Positions 15,001 through 26,400 of a DNA stretch of 64,000 nucleotides are shown here, in pieces. The stretch is from Perna viridis (taxonomy: Eukaryota): contig CM074512.1 in assembly GCA_037379345.1 (NCBI GenBank), forward strand, positions 11,470,001 through 11,534,000. Reading direction: 5' to 3'. Within the stretch, counting starts at the first letter, position 1. Each line of letters begins with the position of its first letter. The position numbers and the translations under genes are program-made. The notes under the pieces were generated by a model. It made no database searches, was not told the origin of the DNA, and saw nothing but the letters and a program-made list of their open reading frames with translations.

Positions 15001-17099
15001 ATTGATATTAGTTTGTGTGATTAGATCATTAAGAATATTTCATTCAGCTATTCCTATCAAAAAAGGTAAAGTCAATGATACTCTCTAAACTCAGTGAAAT
15101 TATCACTTAAACCTGGGTATGAAGGTATTTAATTACACATCATACTTATATGTTAGTTTCCATTCTCTTTTCTATTGGTAGTTGACTTGAGCTTTCTGTC
15201 TTTAGTAGCTGTGTGATAGACTATCTAGAATAAAACTCATTGTGTGTGTAAAAAAATGTAATTTCGATTGTTTGCAGGAACTGAATGAGATTAAAATTAG
15301 TTACTTTTGGGGGATGTCTTCCATAGCTACTCAGGTTGTTCCTGTATCATCCTAATCTATTCATTCAGCACTATGTGCAGCTGTACACAATTTTTGTCTT
15401 ACCTCTGAATGAAAGTATAAATTAGTGGGATTTGACAGTAATGGACACTATTTTTTATATGTAATATATATGACTTTGTCGTGTCCATAATGAAATTGTT
15501 AGTATGTTGCTTTTATTTATTGGCCTTGTTTTTACACAAGTTTTATGAATATCACTATATAGTAGACATACACATATATAATGATCCTTTGGAGGTTGGT
15601 AGTGGTTGATAGTGGCTATGGGAGTAGTTTACCAAAAGAACTTACTTTATTTGACTTCCAAGTTGTTTGTTGTCAAATATATAGTAAAATAGTCAGGAAT
15701 GTAAACTTGGGTATGAAAAAGAAATTTAAGTAAATTACAGTATATTTATTTGCCTCAGATTATTTTTCTTTATACTGTAGAAACAAACTAGTTTTAGCAG
15801 TTTAGGTACCAGTACTTCTGGTATGTTTCACTGTGTTAATGTGATTAACTCTAAATGATTTATTTGACCTTGTATTGTAACTCGCATGTCAATTATCTTT
15901 CTTACATTGTCTGAAAAGAGTAATTTTATTGTAAGAACTCTTGTCTAATCAGATATTGCATGAATCTGCTGCATGTTTATACTACATCAGTTATCCCTAA
16001 CAAGGACCGTTTTTTCTCTAAAGAATTGTTTATTGTCTATTAACAGTCTATTGACGGTCTTCAGGCAACTAGCATTACTCATTAATTTCATTAAAATATT
16101 TGTTTCTAACTGAATTTAATGTTTTAGAGAATGGCTAAATCATTGGTTGAACCTAAGAAACCAGTCAGTAGATTGTCTCAACCACGAAGAAGTTTGTCCC
16201 AGATAAGTTTTCATGATGGCAATAGGAAAAAAAGTGTCAGTTTTAGTAGATATGAATTTAAACAAGTTGATACTGAGAAACTGTTAAGAGAAGGTAACTT
16301 GTGTCTGATGCTCAGTATATCATGGTGGTGTTGGAGATGTTTTTTAATGATCTTGACTACTACGAGTCTCACTTGACAGAGTTAAGCACTGATGATGATG
16401 GGTTTTAATGTTCTTGACTACCACGAGTCTCACTTGACAGAGTTAAGCACTGATGATGATGGGTTTTAATGTTCTTGACCACCACGAGTCTCACTTGACA
16501 GAGTTAAGCACTGATGATGATGGGTTTTTCTTGACTACTGTAATGAGTCTCACATGATTGAGTTAGAGCACTGTATGTATTTCTTTGTTGGTTTTATGGT
16601 CTGGTGCAGCAAGGTCATCACATGGTGGTTTACAGTGTCTTATATGTCTGCTGTGGAAATTTTCGATTACAGTTTGGAAATATTGATTATAGCTTTTAAT
16701 TTGAAGTACATGGTGTAATTTGCTATGCTTTACATTTTTAATCTCGGGTCATTTTTTTTGTTTGTTTATATGGTTATAATTAATTTCTTGTATTTCCTGT
16801 CTAACATGTATTTTTTATGTTCATTTAGTATTGAGAGTTTTACACAATGAAGTAAGTGAAATATTTCAAACTAATCCAGCAATTAAAGTTTCATTCATTA
16901 ATTATAGGAGCTATCCAACAGTGAAGCTGGTAGTTTGATGGGTAGTCCAATTGGTGACCGATCTGATATTACAACAGCTAATACTGTCACAAGGCGAATG
17001 AGTATTTCTAAAACTGAAGGAATGAAAAAGAAACAGAAAAGTCGATTAACTTTACCAAATGTTACACCTCAGGAAAGTGTAACAGCTTCAGGGTTGTAG
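72..17099 (+). CDS. RGS22: RGS22-like regulator of G-protein signalling, 3' portion (5' end upstream of window). Exons: 72-163, 858-1013, 1796-1946, 2388-2513, [3576-3839], [5563-5640], 6780-6968, 8632-8730, 9682-9865, 10516-10661, then a last exon such as 16908-17099 (alternatives 11230-11403, 16128-)
   Basis: All listed exons have AG/GT boundaries with compatible phases. The spliced product contains RGS-domain-like segments: 'AFKKHLQE..ERFFMIQLFHDVEKY..ATLIYKTYADSHAKKKINF' and 'LYFYKYLLKHG..KDFFFYIECLKFKECSQPYADEELLRRKVQSILDCFLESAITPTLQIDIS..IFDEAMLQVYPDLLGYWAGF'. From recall, these resemble the C-terminal RGS domain of vertebrate RGS22 (..INCFINSSIPPALQIDIP..VFREAQM..FWPQF). Orthology is recalled, not searched. 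Confidence 0.8.
215..620. repeat. degenerate ~37-50-bp minisatellite (taccaagataata core)
   Basis: Repeated ccaagataata..atccacaaaccc units. Confidence 0.7.
1066..1290. repeat. 44-bp tandem repeat, ~5 copies
   Basis: aattatctggcgacaatcatagcaaaatagttatggatattacc. Confidence 0.9.
7000..7415. repeat. 41-bp tandem repeat, ~10 copies, degenerate tail to ~7750
   Basis: tttagggttgattttaactcgtgtgggtcctgatggtttgg. Confidence 0.95.
8790..9670. repeat. 47-bp tandem repeat, ~18 copies, filling almost the whole intron
   Basis: ggataactaggatttaccattaaacatctttggtccttaaggtcagt. Confidence 0.95.
11230..11403 (+). CDS. candidate alternative terminal exon A of RGS22-like gene (PGSSQTDSELMSH...SESVQSD*)
   Basis: ttttatag acceptor, then 57 open phase-0 codons (Ser-rich) ending in TAG; phase-compatible with the donor at 10661. 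Confidence 0.55.
   Translation, partial: PGSSQTDSELMSHAKVGNLGSIHSLQSAFTQQTANGRSIHSSQNDLNSVNSESVQSD
12449..12457 (+). CDS. candidate 9-nt microexon (GAT GAT GGG = DDG) of RGS22-like gene
   Basis: ttgtctgttttctgtgaaacag|GATGATGGG|gtaagt: pyrimidine tract, CAG acceptor, consensus donor, frame-preserving. Confidence 0.4.
12630..13370. repeat. 59-bp tandem repeat, ~12 copies
   Basis: tgtttgtgctgtaacaacctgtttccactgaccacttgctgacatcatacatgactgta. Confidence 0.95.
14470..14780. repeat. ~52-bp degenerate tandem repeat, ~6 copies
   Basis: tattgcccttt.tatgtgaacagactt.ggagttagg. Confidence 0.85.
16128..16293 (+). CDS. candidate alternative exon B of RGS22-like gene (RMAKSLVEPKKPVSRLSQPRRSLSQISF...EKLLRE)
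   Basis: gttttag acceptor in phase 0; basic/Ser-rich open frame; donor G|gtaact at 16293/16294, or read-through to stop at 16376. Confidence 0.55.
16340..16570. repeat. ~60-bp tandem repeat, 3-4 copies
   Basis: ttttaatgttcttgactaccacgagtctcacttgacagagttaagcactgatgatgatggg. Confidence 0.9.
16908..17099 (+). CDS. terminal exon C of RGS22-like gene (ELSNSEAGSLMGSPIGDRS...TASGL*)
   Basis: ttatag acceptor, 63 open phase-0 codons then TAG; followed by AT-rich UTR-like sequence with ATTAAA/AATAAA near 18096-18160. Confidence 0.65.
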   Translation, partial: ELSNSEAGSLMGSPIGDRSDITTANTVTRRMSISKTEGMKKKQKSRLTLPNVTPQESVTASGL

Positions 17100-19445
17100 A
17101 CCAAATGTATATGGTAGATTTTACTGTCTTCTGCCATACCAGTAATTAATATTCAGAAAACTGATGAAAAACATTATTCTGTTATGTTGGAAAAGAATAT
17201 CAATTGTTAATTACCTTTACCAATACTTTAGAAAATTTGACACCACTTGCTTTGTATGTTCTGTTCCGTTTGTACACATGTGGTAGGATATAACCACTTA
17301 GGGGTATAATAATTAATATTTGGTATCAAGTTGGTTCTCATAGATAGAAGCCTCCTGTTGTATTTTGTTGTTTTTTATTTTGGTATTAGAATACTGTTTT
17401 ATTAAAAAGTATTTTTATTTTCATAAAAAAAAAAAAAAAAAAAACACCAAAAAAAAACACAAAAAGGGGGAACTGGTCATATGATGAGATTTATGCCGGT
17501 GTTAGATTTGTCTACTCATAAAAATATTGTTTTCTTTATTTTGTCTTAGTTTTGGCCACTTAAAATGAATTTCTTGTTCTTTGGAAATTTTTGGTGTTAG
17601 AGATACAATTTTCTTTAAAATCTTCACAATTTCTTCAAAATATAAAATTAGTGAAAACTAAAAATAAAGTTATAATGATGTAGAATCACTTTTCTATCCA
17701 TTCTCTCAGTCATATTTATTTTAAATGTACCGGTAGTTTCAAGAAAGTATTGAAGTGAGCAATCCTATTTATTCTGAATTTGAAAACTAAATATGAAAAC
17801 TTTGAATGAGAATGGTGAGGTTATATCATAAGTTTACAGTAAGTAGGAGGCCTTCATTTTTCACTAAATGGAACTGATTTGGATTCTGTATACACAAAAC
17901 TTTTTTTTAAAGGTACAAAGTGTATATGATGATATCCTGTTCAATTACAGGTAAAACATTTTTATTGTGAAATACAGAATTTAAGGTCAAAAGAGTTTAT
18001 TTTGTGATTTGGTTTTTATACACTGTGATCTGTGATATTTTATATTGCTCAACTGTTAGCATTTGTTACTTATTTATATATCATGTCAGTTAAGAATTAA
18101 ACATTGATTCATTAAATTGTTGTCTCTGTGTGAGTCTCCCATTCAAGTGTATACAATAAAAATTTCTAAGATTAGTTACAATTACATGTCTGTATATAAT
18201 TGAGAATAAGAACACTTAGCCAGGAAGGGCCCTGTCTATAATGATTGAAGTAACTGATATTTCATGAACAAGAGGCTACAAGGGGCAGGGGCATCATTGC
18301 TGACCTGGTCACTACACTGTCAAAAAAAAATTAATTTCGAACTAGTAAGCAGTAACAATCCAGACTTCATCAAAAGTTTGAATGAGATGCATCTAAAATT
18401 GAAGCTAAATGTGAAAAACTATCTCCTTTTCATCAATTAAAATTTAAGAATTTGGTTACAATTAACTCAGAATTAGCAGAGATATTGACTTAAAAAGTGT
18501 TTCACCATAGTGTTGCTATGGAAGCTAGTGGTCACATTGTGGATGTTTGAAATGGGTATTCAGGTCAACAACCACATTTAGTAAAAATATTAGTCCCTGT
18601 TGCTTTGGAGAAGTAGCAGCAGTCTTGTTCAAACAAGCAGAACCATAAGTTATTCATATGTAAGAGTCCTCCTTCATTTCAGCCAAGTCACTTTTGGTTC
18701 AATATTAGCAGATATATTGGCCAAAACATGTTGCCCCATTGGGTATTAATGGCAATTCTGAAGCTGAGCCACGATTACATCATTGGTAGAGGGTATACTG
18801 ATCCCTATGAAGTTTCCAAATTTAGGCCTGTAGTTCATGAGAAGTGGAACTTTGAAAATAAGCCATTCAGAATCCTCAATTACACATTGATGGCCATCAT
18901 GTTCAATCAAGGGAAACCAAAAGTGGATCCTTTGTAGACCTTCCAGCCATTACTCCAAATATTTGGTAGTTTTTGCCAACATTGCTGGACACCAAGTGAT
19001 AGCATATGCAGCCATTTTTGTAGAGCAGGGGAGTAGCTAGCACAACATGATGTATTTAAGATTTTCCTGGATCTAGAAGTAGGTTAGACTGAAGCTGCAG
19101 TTGACCTTTTCTCTGCTGTATTTTTTTTATTTGCAACAGCTACATATTATTTAACTAAATAACACTGATTTAGTTACTGATATGTATAAAGAAAGCTTAT
19201 GCTTTATTTGATATTAAATTTTTTTTCCTCAATTCTTTTTGAATTGCTTTCTTTATGGTATCCATCTGCAAAATTTCAGCCTCCTATGACTCATTACAAA
19301 ATCATAAAGCAAAGCATTTTTCTGAACTTTTGCATAAACTAAACATATTTTTGGTATGTGATATATAACTTACATCGAGTACCTTGTTATGGATTATACC
19401 CCAATTTTATTTTAAATCAAAGGTGACAGTGGAATATAAGAATTC

Positions 19446-19632
19446 AAGGGAACAAGAGTAATCAAGGGAACCAAGGTTATAGCAGTAATCAAAAGAATGT
19501 AATCCAGGGACAAAGACAAGACATGGAAAACAGACATACACAACAAAGAACATAAAGTAACTGAAATCATACATACAAAGTAACAAAAGCAAATGAGCAA
19601 CTCGGACTCCACTAAAAAACTGCGAGCATGGA
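19446..19632 (-). mobile_element. short 3'-end fragment of the same Penelope-like element
   Basis: Reverse complement closely matches 37840-38012 (ORFs 19412..19612 and 37867..38064 are near-identical translations); lies between the RGS22 and dynein 3' ends. Confidence 0.8.
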
Positions 19633-20400
19633 TGATTTTAGCAACAACTTTTTTCTTTGCTCTTTAACAATGATTTTCTACTGTGCTTTTGAGACGGAAT
19701 CTTTTTTTTTTAAATCCAATCAAACAAAACCATTGTAAGAATGCCTGCTTTTTTATAACTATCAAAGAAATTACAAACCATACATTTTAATTCTATCACA
19801 GCATTTCATCAGCAGTTAACATATTGGACGGCATAAATAGAAGTTACTTAAAAAAATTCATAACAATAACACTATATGAAAAGTAAACCTGGACATTTTG
19901 CAAACAACCAAAAATCATAGAATATCAAGCAAGGTTTATGATTTGTATAGCTGGTTACCATAGTATACTCTGGTGGACAAAAAATTAACATAAACATATA
20001 ACAAAGTTATTAACCATGAATTAATACAGAAAAAAAAAATGATATATTACACTCCTTGCATAAGGTTTAAATAAAATAATATTTACAATAGATAAACTAC
20101 TGAATGCACAATATCACAGTTTCAAAAATATTCATATAAAAATAAAATTTCTTCACAAAAACAGAAAAATAAATAATCTTACATTAATAAGATGAATTCA
20201 ATGATACATATATCAGTGATAAAGTTTCTTGCATCATGTTTAAAATTAAAACAAATGATTCAATAATAAGAGCCTTTATCTGCTATCAAAAGCTTATCGT
20301 CACATTAAAAAGTTTTTCGACCTGCATGACAAATTATAAATAATTGTGTATGAATACAGCAAACAACTCAGTACTCCTTTCTTAATAACAAAATGACATT

Positions 20401-23400
20401 TTACTCATCTAATTGACATAATAAAGCAACTCCCCTCATTACCCAGAATTTAGAGGCGTGTCTTGAGGGTAATGTTACTGCAGTTACAAAGTTGGTTGAA
20501 TGTCCAGTTGATGAAAGTGTTCCAGCCCTGGCTGAAGTGCGATATAATGGACATTCATACATCTTGTCATCCACAGTTGACTTTGTGTTCTCTTCTGAAT
20601 CCATGTTTGTTGAGGTCTACAAAACAACAGAATGTCAAACTAAATAAGATATCAATTTCAGGTGTTATTTCGTAGAACAAGAAGAGTCTCTTAAGAACCT
20701 GCACTTCTGACCTGAAAACACCTGAAATCTAAAAGTTACACTTCAAAGAAAAAGTTTTTTTTATATAATAGAGGCTTCCATCAGCCTGAATTGCTCACTG
20801 ATTAAACAATTAAGGTAATTTACTGAAATATTCCATCTTACAGATGGATTTAAGTCTGACCTTAGTGGTATAGAATATTGTAGAAAAATATCATAGACAT
20901 CAGTATGCTTAAGTGAAATGAAAATCAGTGGGGAAAGGAGGGTAACCTAGACACTTTTGTTATCAAAATCCAAATGTCCACTTTTTTGTGACAATGTAGA
21001 CATGGAAATTAATTGGCAAAAGAAGAAAACAAGCTAAATGATATATTATGTAATTAATGTCCAGTACACCAATGCTGGATAAAAAAATATACACACTCCT
21101 ATGAGCTAAAATTAAACATTTTATTCCTTTCTCCTTAGGATTAATGATATAACTAATGTAACATTCAATTAACAGTAAGTCAATAAAGAATGTATAAACA
21201 AATTCTATAACAGTATACTATACCAATAACATTAATGTATCCACATGCTGATAATAAAATCATGAAAATAAGCATTAATTACCATTCTATTGTATTCAAC
21301 AAATGTTTTGTCACAAGTGGTGGCCACATCAAAGTAATAACTTCATATTTAGTAAACACATTCATTATTACATATTTTATTATAGGTAAAAATATAAAGT
21401 TGTTCTTGGGTCTAGGCATAGTTTTCTGAATGAAAATATGTAAAAAACAAGAGGCTTCCAGGAGTCTGAATCGCTCTCCTGGTTGAATTTTGCCTTTCAA
21501 GAGCAATAAATTTAACAAAAAGTTGTCCAACAATTTTGACTCAAGAAGACTTTGGTAAGACTTAGTATAAGGATCATTTCAGCAACAGGAAGTTTCTTCC
21601 TATCTATCATAGTTTTCAAGATATTGGCTGAAAACTACTGTCTGACCCCTATGTTCTATATTTAGTAATGGCAGCCATGTTATTTGACAGATCAAAAATC
21701 CCCACATCAGCTCTATGCAGGATACGCCAAGGAACATTCATACCAAGTTTGGTTTCAATTGGCCAAGTAGTGTCAGAGGAGAAGACTTTTGAAAGAAATA
21801 ACATAAAAAATAGCAAAAAAATGTTGAAAAAGGGCAATAACTCCAACATGGCTTAACAGATTAAAATGAAAGTTTGACCACAGATAAATCTCACCATGCT
21901 GAACACTTTTACCCAGTCAGAATTTAGCTAAACCTTACTATTTTGGAGATATATGCAATAAACTACTGTCTGACTCCATGTTCTATTTTTAGTAACAGTG
22001 GCCATGTTTTTCTACAGATCAAAAATATCCCACAACAGTTCTATGCAGGATACCCTTTAAAATGTTGGCACCAAGTTTGGTTTCAATTGGTCGAGTAGTG
22101 TCAGAAGAAAAGAGTTTTGAAAAATTGTTAACAACAGATGATGACGGACGACAACGGACGACAAGTAATGACAACAGCTTACATATAACTGTGGCATTTT
22201 CATTATATCATGATAAGGAACTAATGCCACTAAACATTATTTTACCTTATACTTATATATTTTTCTATGCTATGAACATTTTTATTGTTATTATAGCACA
22301 ATTGATTTCATAGCCTTATGCCCTACAAATTTCATATAAACCATCCATTGAGAGCCGAGGTAAAATATACCACCCACTTGTTGATAACTAGGTGATCATA
22401 CCTTGACAGGCTGGAACAGTATTTCAGGTAAATGGGCAAATCTAAATCCAGGTAATGAATCTTCAAGACATTCTTCTTTAGGGTCCCATCTAGCACCATC
22501 AAGGTAAAGTCCAAATATAACTACTCCTTCTTCATCATGAGCCTTTCCCTGCAACAGGCAATAAATTGTTTAAATAAATGCATAACTCAACTCTTCACAG
22601 TTATTTAACATAGATTAGATTTGCAATTTAAAGTTCTGAAACTAAATATATTTGGGCTTTAATTTCTTCCTTATTTTTTGCTTCTTGTCTGTTATCAAGT
22701 AGAATTTACTAGTCTGTATATTAGTTCAGATAAGGAGGTGGTAATAACACAAACAGTAAAATAAAAATTTGAGGACAGTATGTCAATGAGACAACAATTC
22801 AGGACCAAAAATTACAACAAGAGTCAAACCTCAAGGCTTAGACATAAAGCAAAACTCATTGGATTCTAAGACATCTCAATGGCAATATAATATAACGAGG
22901 CTCTGGAGAGCCTGAATCGCTTACCAGGTCCTTTTTACCTTTCTAAAACTGGATTCTTGACCTTGCTGTGCTATCTTCACAAGAATCATTTAATCAGCAG
23001 AAAGCATCTTACTCATCTACGAGGTTTTCATATTATAAAATAAATCTCTCAGTCATTTTGTGACTCTTCAAGGGCAATAACTCCAACATTGGTCAACAGA
23101 TCTTTATGAAAATTTCAGCACAGGGTGGTCTCCCCATATTGATCAATTTTACCCTGTCAGAGTTAGTTCAACCCATTTGTTAATGATTTATTTCCAAAAA
23201 TCTTTTTTTAGTCTATATTTAGTAACATTGGCCATGGTTGTTGCCCATCAAAAATCACAGACTGTCAAAGATATTGTAAGGCACATCAACCATAAGTTCT
23301 CACAATCAGTCCCCCCCCCCAAAAAAAAAAATAATAATAAAATATACAAACTAACAAAAAAACAACCAAAAACAAAAAAGAAGTCAATAGTTCTCTGCAT

Positions 23401-26400
23401 CACATGAAAATGTTGGAATCTTTATATTTTTAATATTTGTTACGTTTTATTTGTATTTTATTTGTATGTAGTTCCTCTTTACCTTTTAAACATGGTTATT
23501 GTACACTTATTCATTATTCTTATTTATGTTTAATTTAAGCCACATCACTACATATATTATTTTCAAATTTTGGAAGATTTGGTTAGATTCAAGTTATTCA
23601 AAATGACAATCCAAAATATTGTGACTTTTTGTAACTAGACAGAGTAGCCAACTAGATAGATCTTTGAGGAACACAAGCTTGCATCTTGTTCAGCTCCAGA
23701 AAAAAATCCTTCTACAATATGTACCATTTGGAACAAGGGCATATCATTATCTTTTTAAAATTTCCCCCTTTTTTTGTTTGGATGTACTTTAATTTTGTGA
23801 ATTAATGATATTTTTAATGGATCTGATCTTAGACCAAGTGCTAACAAGTGTATTTACTATTTTGTATTTAGGCTATATGCCGGTGCATTTATTGCATGTC
23901 ACAATATCCATTAATTTTTCTTTTATAGATAAAACTTACAGTAAATGCAACATCTTTGATGAACAGTTTTTGTTTCAGATCACCAAGGCTGTCCTCTGTA
24001 TCTGTTTTGGAGGTCAATACTTTAAAGCTAAATATCAGAGAATCTACAGAAATCCCTTCTTTTCTAGCATGGTTCTGTAAAACTCCTGTTAAGAAACCTA
24101 AAAAGGAAAATTCATGTTACTTAAAGACTGAAACAAATAAAAATTCACATGTCAACTGTTGATGCAATTTACTGATATGTTGATCTGTTTTTTTTTTTTT
24201 TTTTTTTAATTTTCAAAAAAGAAGTTAATTTATGAGAAATCAGTTACTGAAAAAGGTACTGGCAGAAACAAAATATCAAGCATGCATAAATAAACAGAAA
24301 AGATCCATCAGGTAAATTAGTAGCACTGCTAGTTCCCAGGAGGACTTAAAGCATATTCTAGTCGTGGTGTTTTCATCATACCTTGAGGAAAGAAGAAGCC
24401 AGACAACCAGAATGCTCTGGGTAAATTTCTTGTGAGGTCATCTCCCTCTGTTACTGGAGCAGTTCCTTTCACAGCTATCTTTTGTTTGATCAGTTTCTCT
24501 ACATTTCCTATGATAAGGTCTGCCCACAAAGCAAAGAAATCTACCCTCAACTTCAAATCATAAATCCAGGATCCTAGAGGCTTACAGGACTCATAAGCAG
24601 CATTCTGTAAATAAGAATATATAATACTATTTGACAAGGGCCAAACAATACCAATCATGTATACCAGTATCTTGCATTATATGTACACATAACAATTCTG
24701 GGTTTACTAAATTTTTGTGTGGAGTGCTTTTTAAAATTTTAGTTCAAAATTTAAACTTAACAATTCAACAATATAGCATTATATATATCAAGTTATAAAA
24801 TAATATAATTTTAACACAAGAATAATGCAAACTATTCATGATAGTATAACATAATGACAAAAATCTTACTTTCCATCTGAGTGGTACTTTCTGAGCCAGG
24901 AATGCACTGTATGCTTCTTCTAAAGCATCAGACATAATAATCTCCCCTTTCACAGCCCTCAACAAGTCCTTCAATGAAGTATGTATCAGTAACAATAGAT
25001 TGTTAAATCTGTCTATTTCCTGTCTGAGAACTGTCAATAAGGCTGAATTTCCCACCACTGCTTCTATACAGTCCTGTACAACTGAAACACAAGTATATTT
25101 CCAGATTACTACAAGGTAATCTAACCCTTATTTCTCCACAAAAATTTCTTTAATGCATGTAATAATCTGAATGTATTAGAATTAGAATTAGATCCCACTA
25201 TCAATCTATTTTTTGTAATAAAATTGTTTTTCTTGACATAGTATTGACTACATAAAAGCAGTGTCCATTTCTGATCAAGAAAAATGAAGGTTAATCAATA
25301 TATTACATACATAACAGACCCAGGTGGCAGGGGGGTATTTTATTTTTTGGCAGGAGTGAGCAAATAAAGCAAAAAAAAAAAACTTTTAAAATCTCTTAAT
25401 TTGGGCCTAAATTCCAAATTTAACAGTAATTTTTTTATATTGTTTTTCACTGTAATACCTTTAACCATGAATTTTATTTTTTAAATCTTAACAATAATTC
25501 ATACAAAATTTAGAAGAAATATGCCATGCAATAGAAATCATTTAATACACCATTTTCTCTCCAAAATCTGAGTTTTAGGGAAGGAACAGAGTAAGAAATG
25601 CTAATCAAATTTATTACCTGTCAAATTTAAACACTGGAAACATACTAGTTTCTAATTATAAATAGTCACTGCTTGCTACTAAGTTGAGTGAATATATCAG
25701 GAAGAATTTTCAGTATCTGTGGAATTTTTCACATCACCTATTGAACCCACTTTAATGACTTCTGAGAACATGCATTTTCTGAATATATTTATTTAAATAA
25801 AGGTATAGAAATAAATTTCCTTGCATAAATTATCTATTAAGATAAAAAACTACAAATATTGTGAGCAAACTCACAAAAGGAATACCACATCTTCAAATTG
25901 AGTGAAAAATTAAATGTAAGGTCACACTAACCACGTCCACATCAAATGGTAACCTTTCTATGTAATACCAAAACACACAGAACCTAAATCTATGCATTGT
26001 AAGTGCATAATCTGTGTGTATGTTGATCAAAAGTGGTCAAAGTAAAGCTGATAATGTGTACTTTAAAATTATATCTGTAATTAACAACAAAACTGTAAGA
26101 ATACTGTTTACATGTAAGCCTCCATGCTGTCGGCAAAAAAAAAGGATTTTTAGTATTATTTATTCAGGTAAATTTTGTGAAAACTTCTACGATCATTGTT
26201 CAATTAGCATAATGTTTAATGTTTTGGAAAGGCTTACTTTCAAAGCATCAAAATGATATGCTTCTTTGCAACATCATTTGTCCTCGGAATTCACAGTGAA
26301 ACTTTGAAAATCACTTTTTTAACATGTAAAGTAATGGTAAGATAAGAAGTGGTTAGTGAGACCAAAAAACCCTTAAGTTGGATTATCTCCTTTTGAATCC

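Noticed and set aside
17425-17465. Poly-A tract as a retrocopy tail
   Set aside because: No TSD or recognisable upstream element; treated as a simple homopolymer in the putative 3' UTR
18512-18525. RFX X-box-like motifs (gttgctatggaagc; also gttaccatagtatac near 19954) between two ciliary genes
   Set aside because: Imperfect matches at the 3' ends of both genes, one inside an interspersed repeat; no support for function
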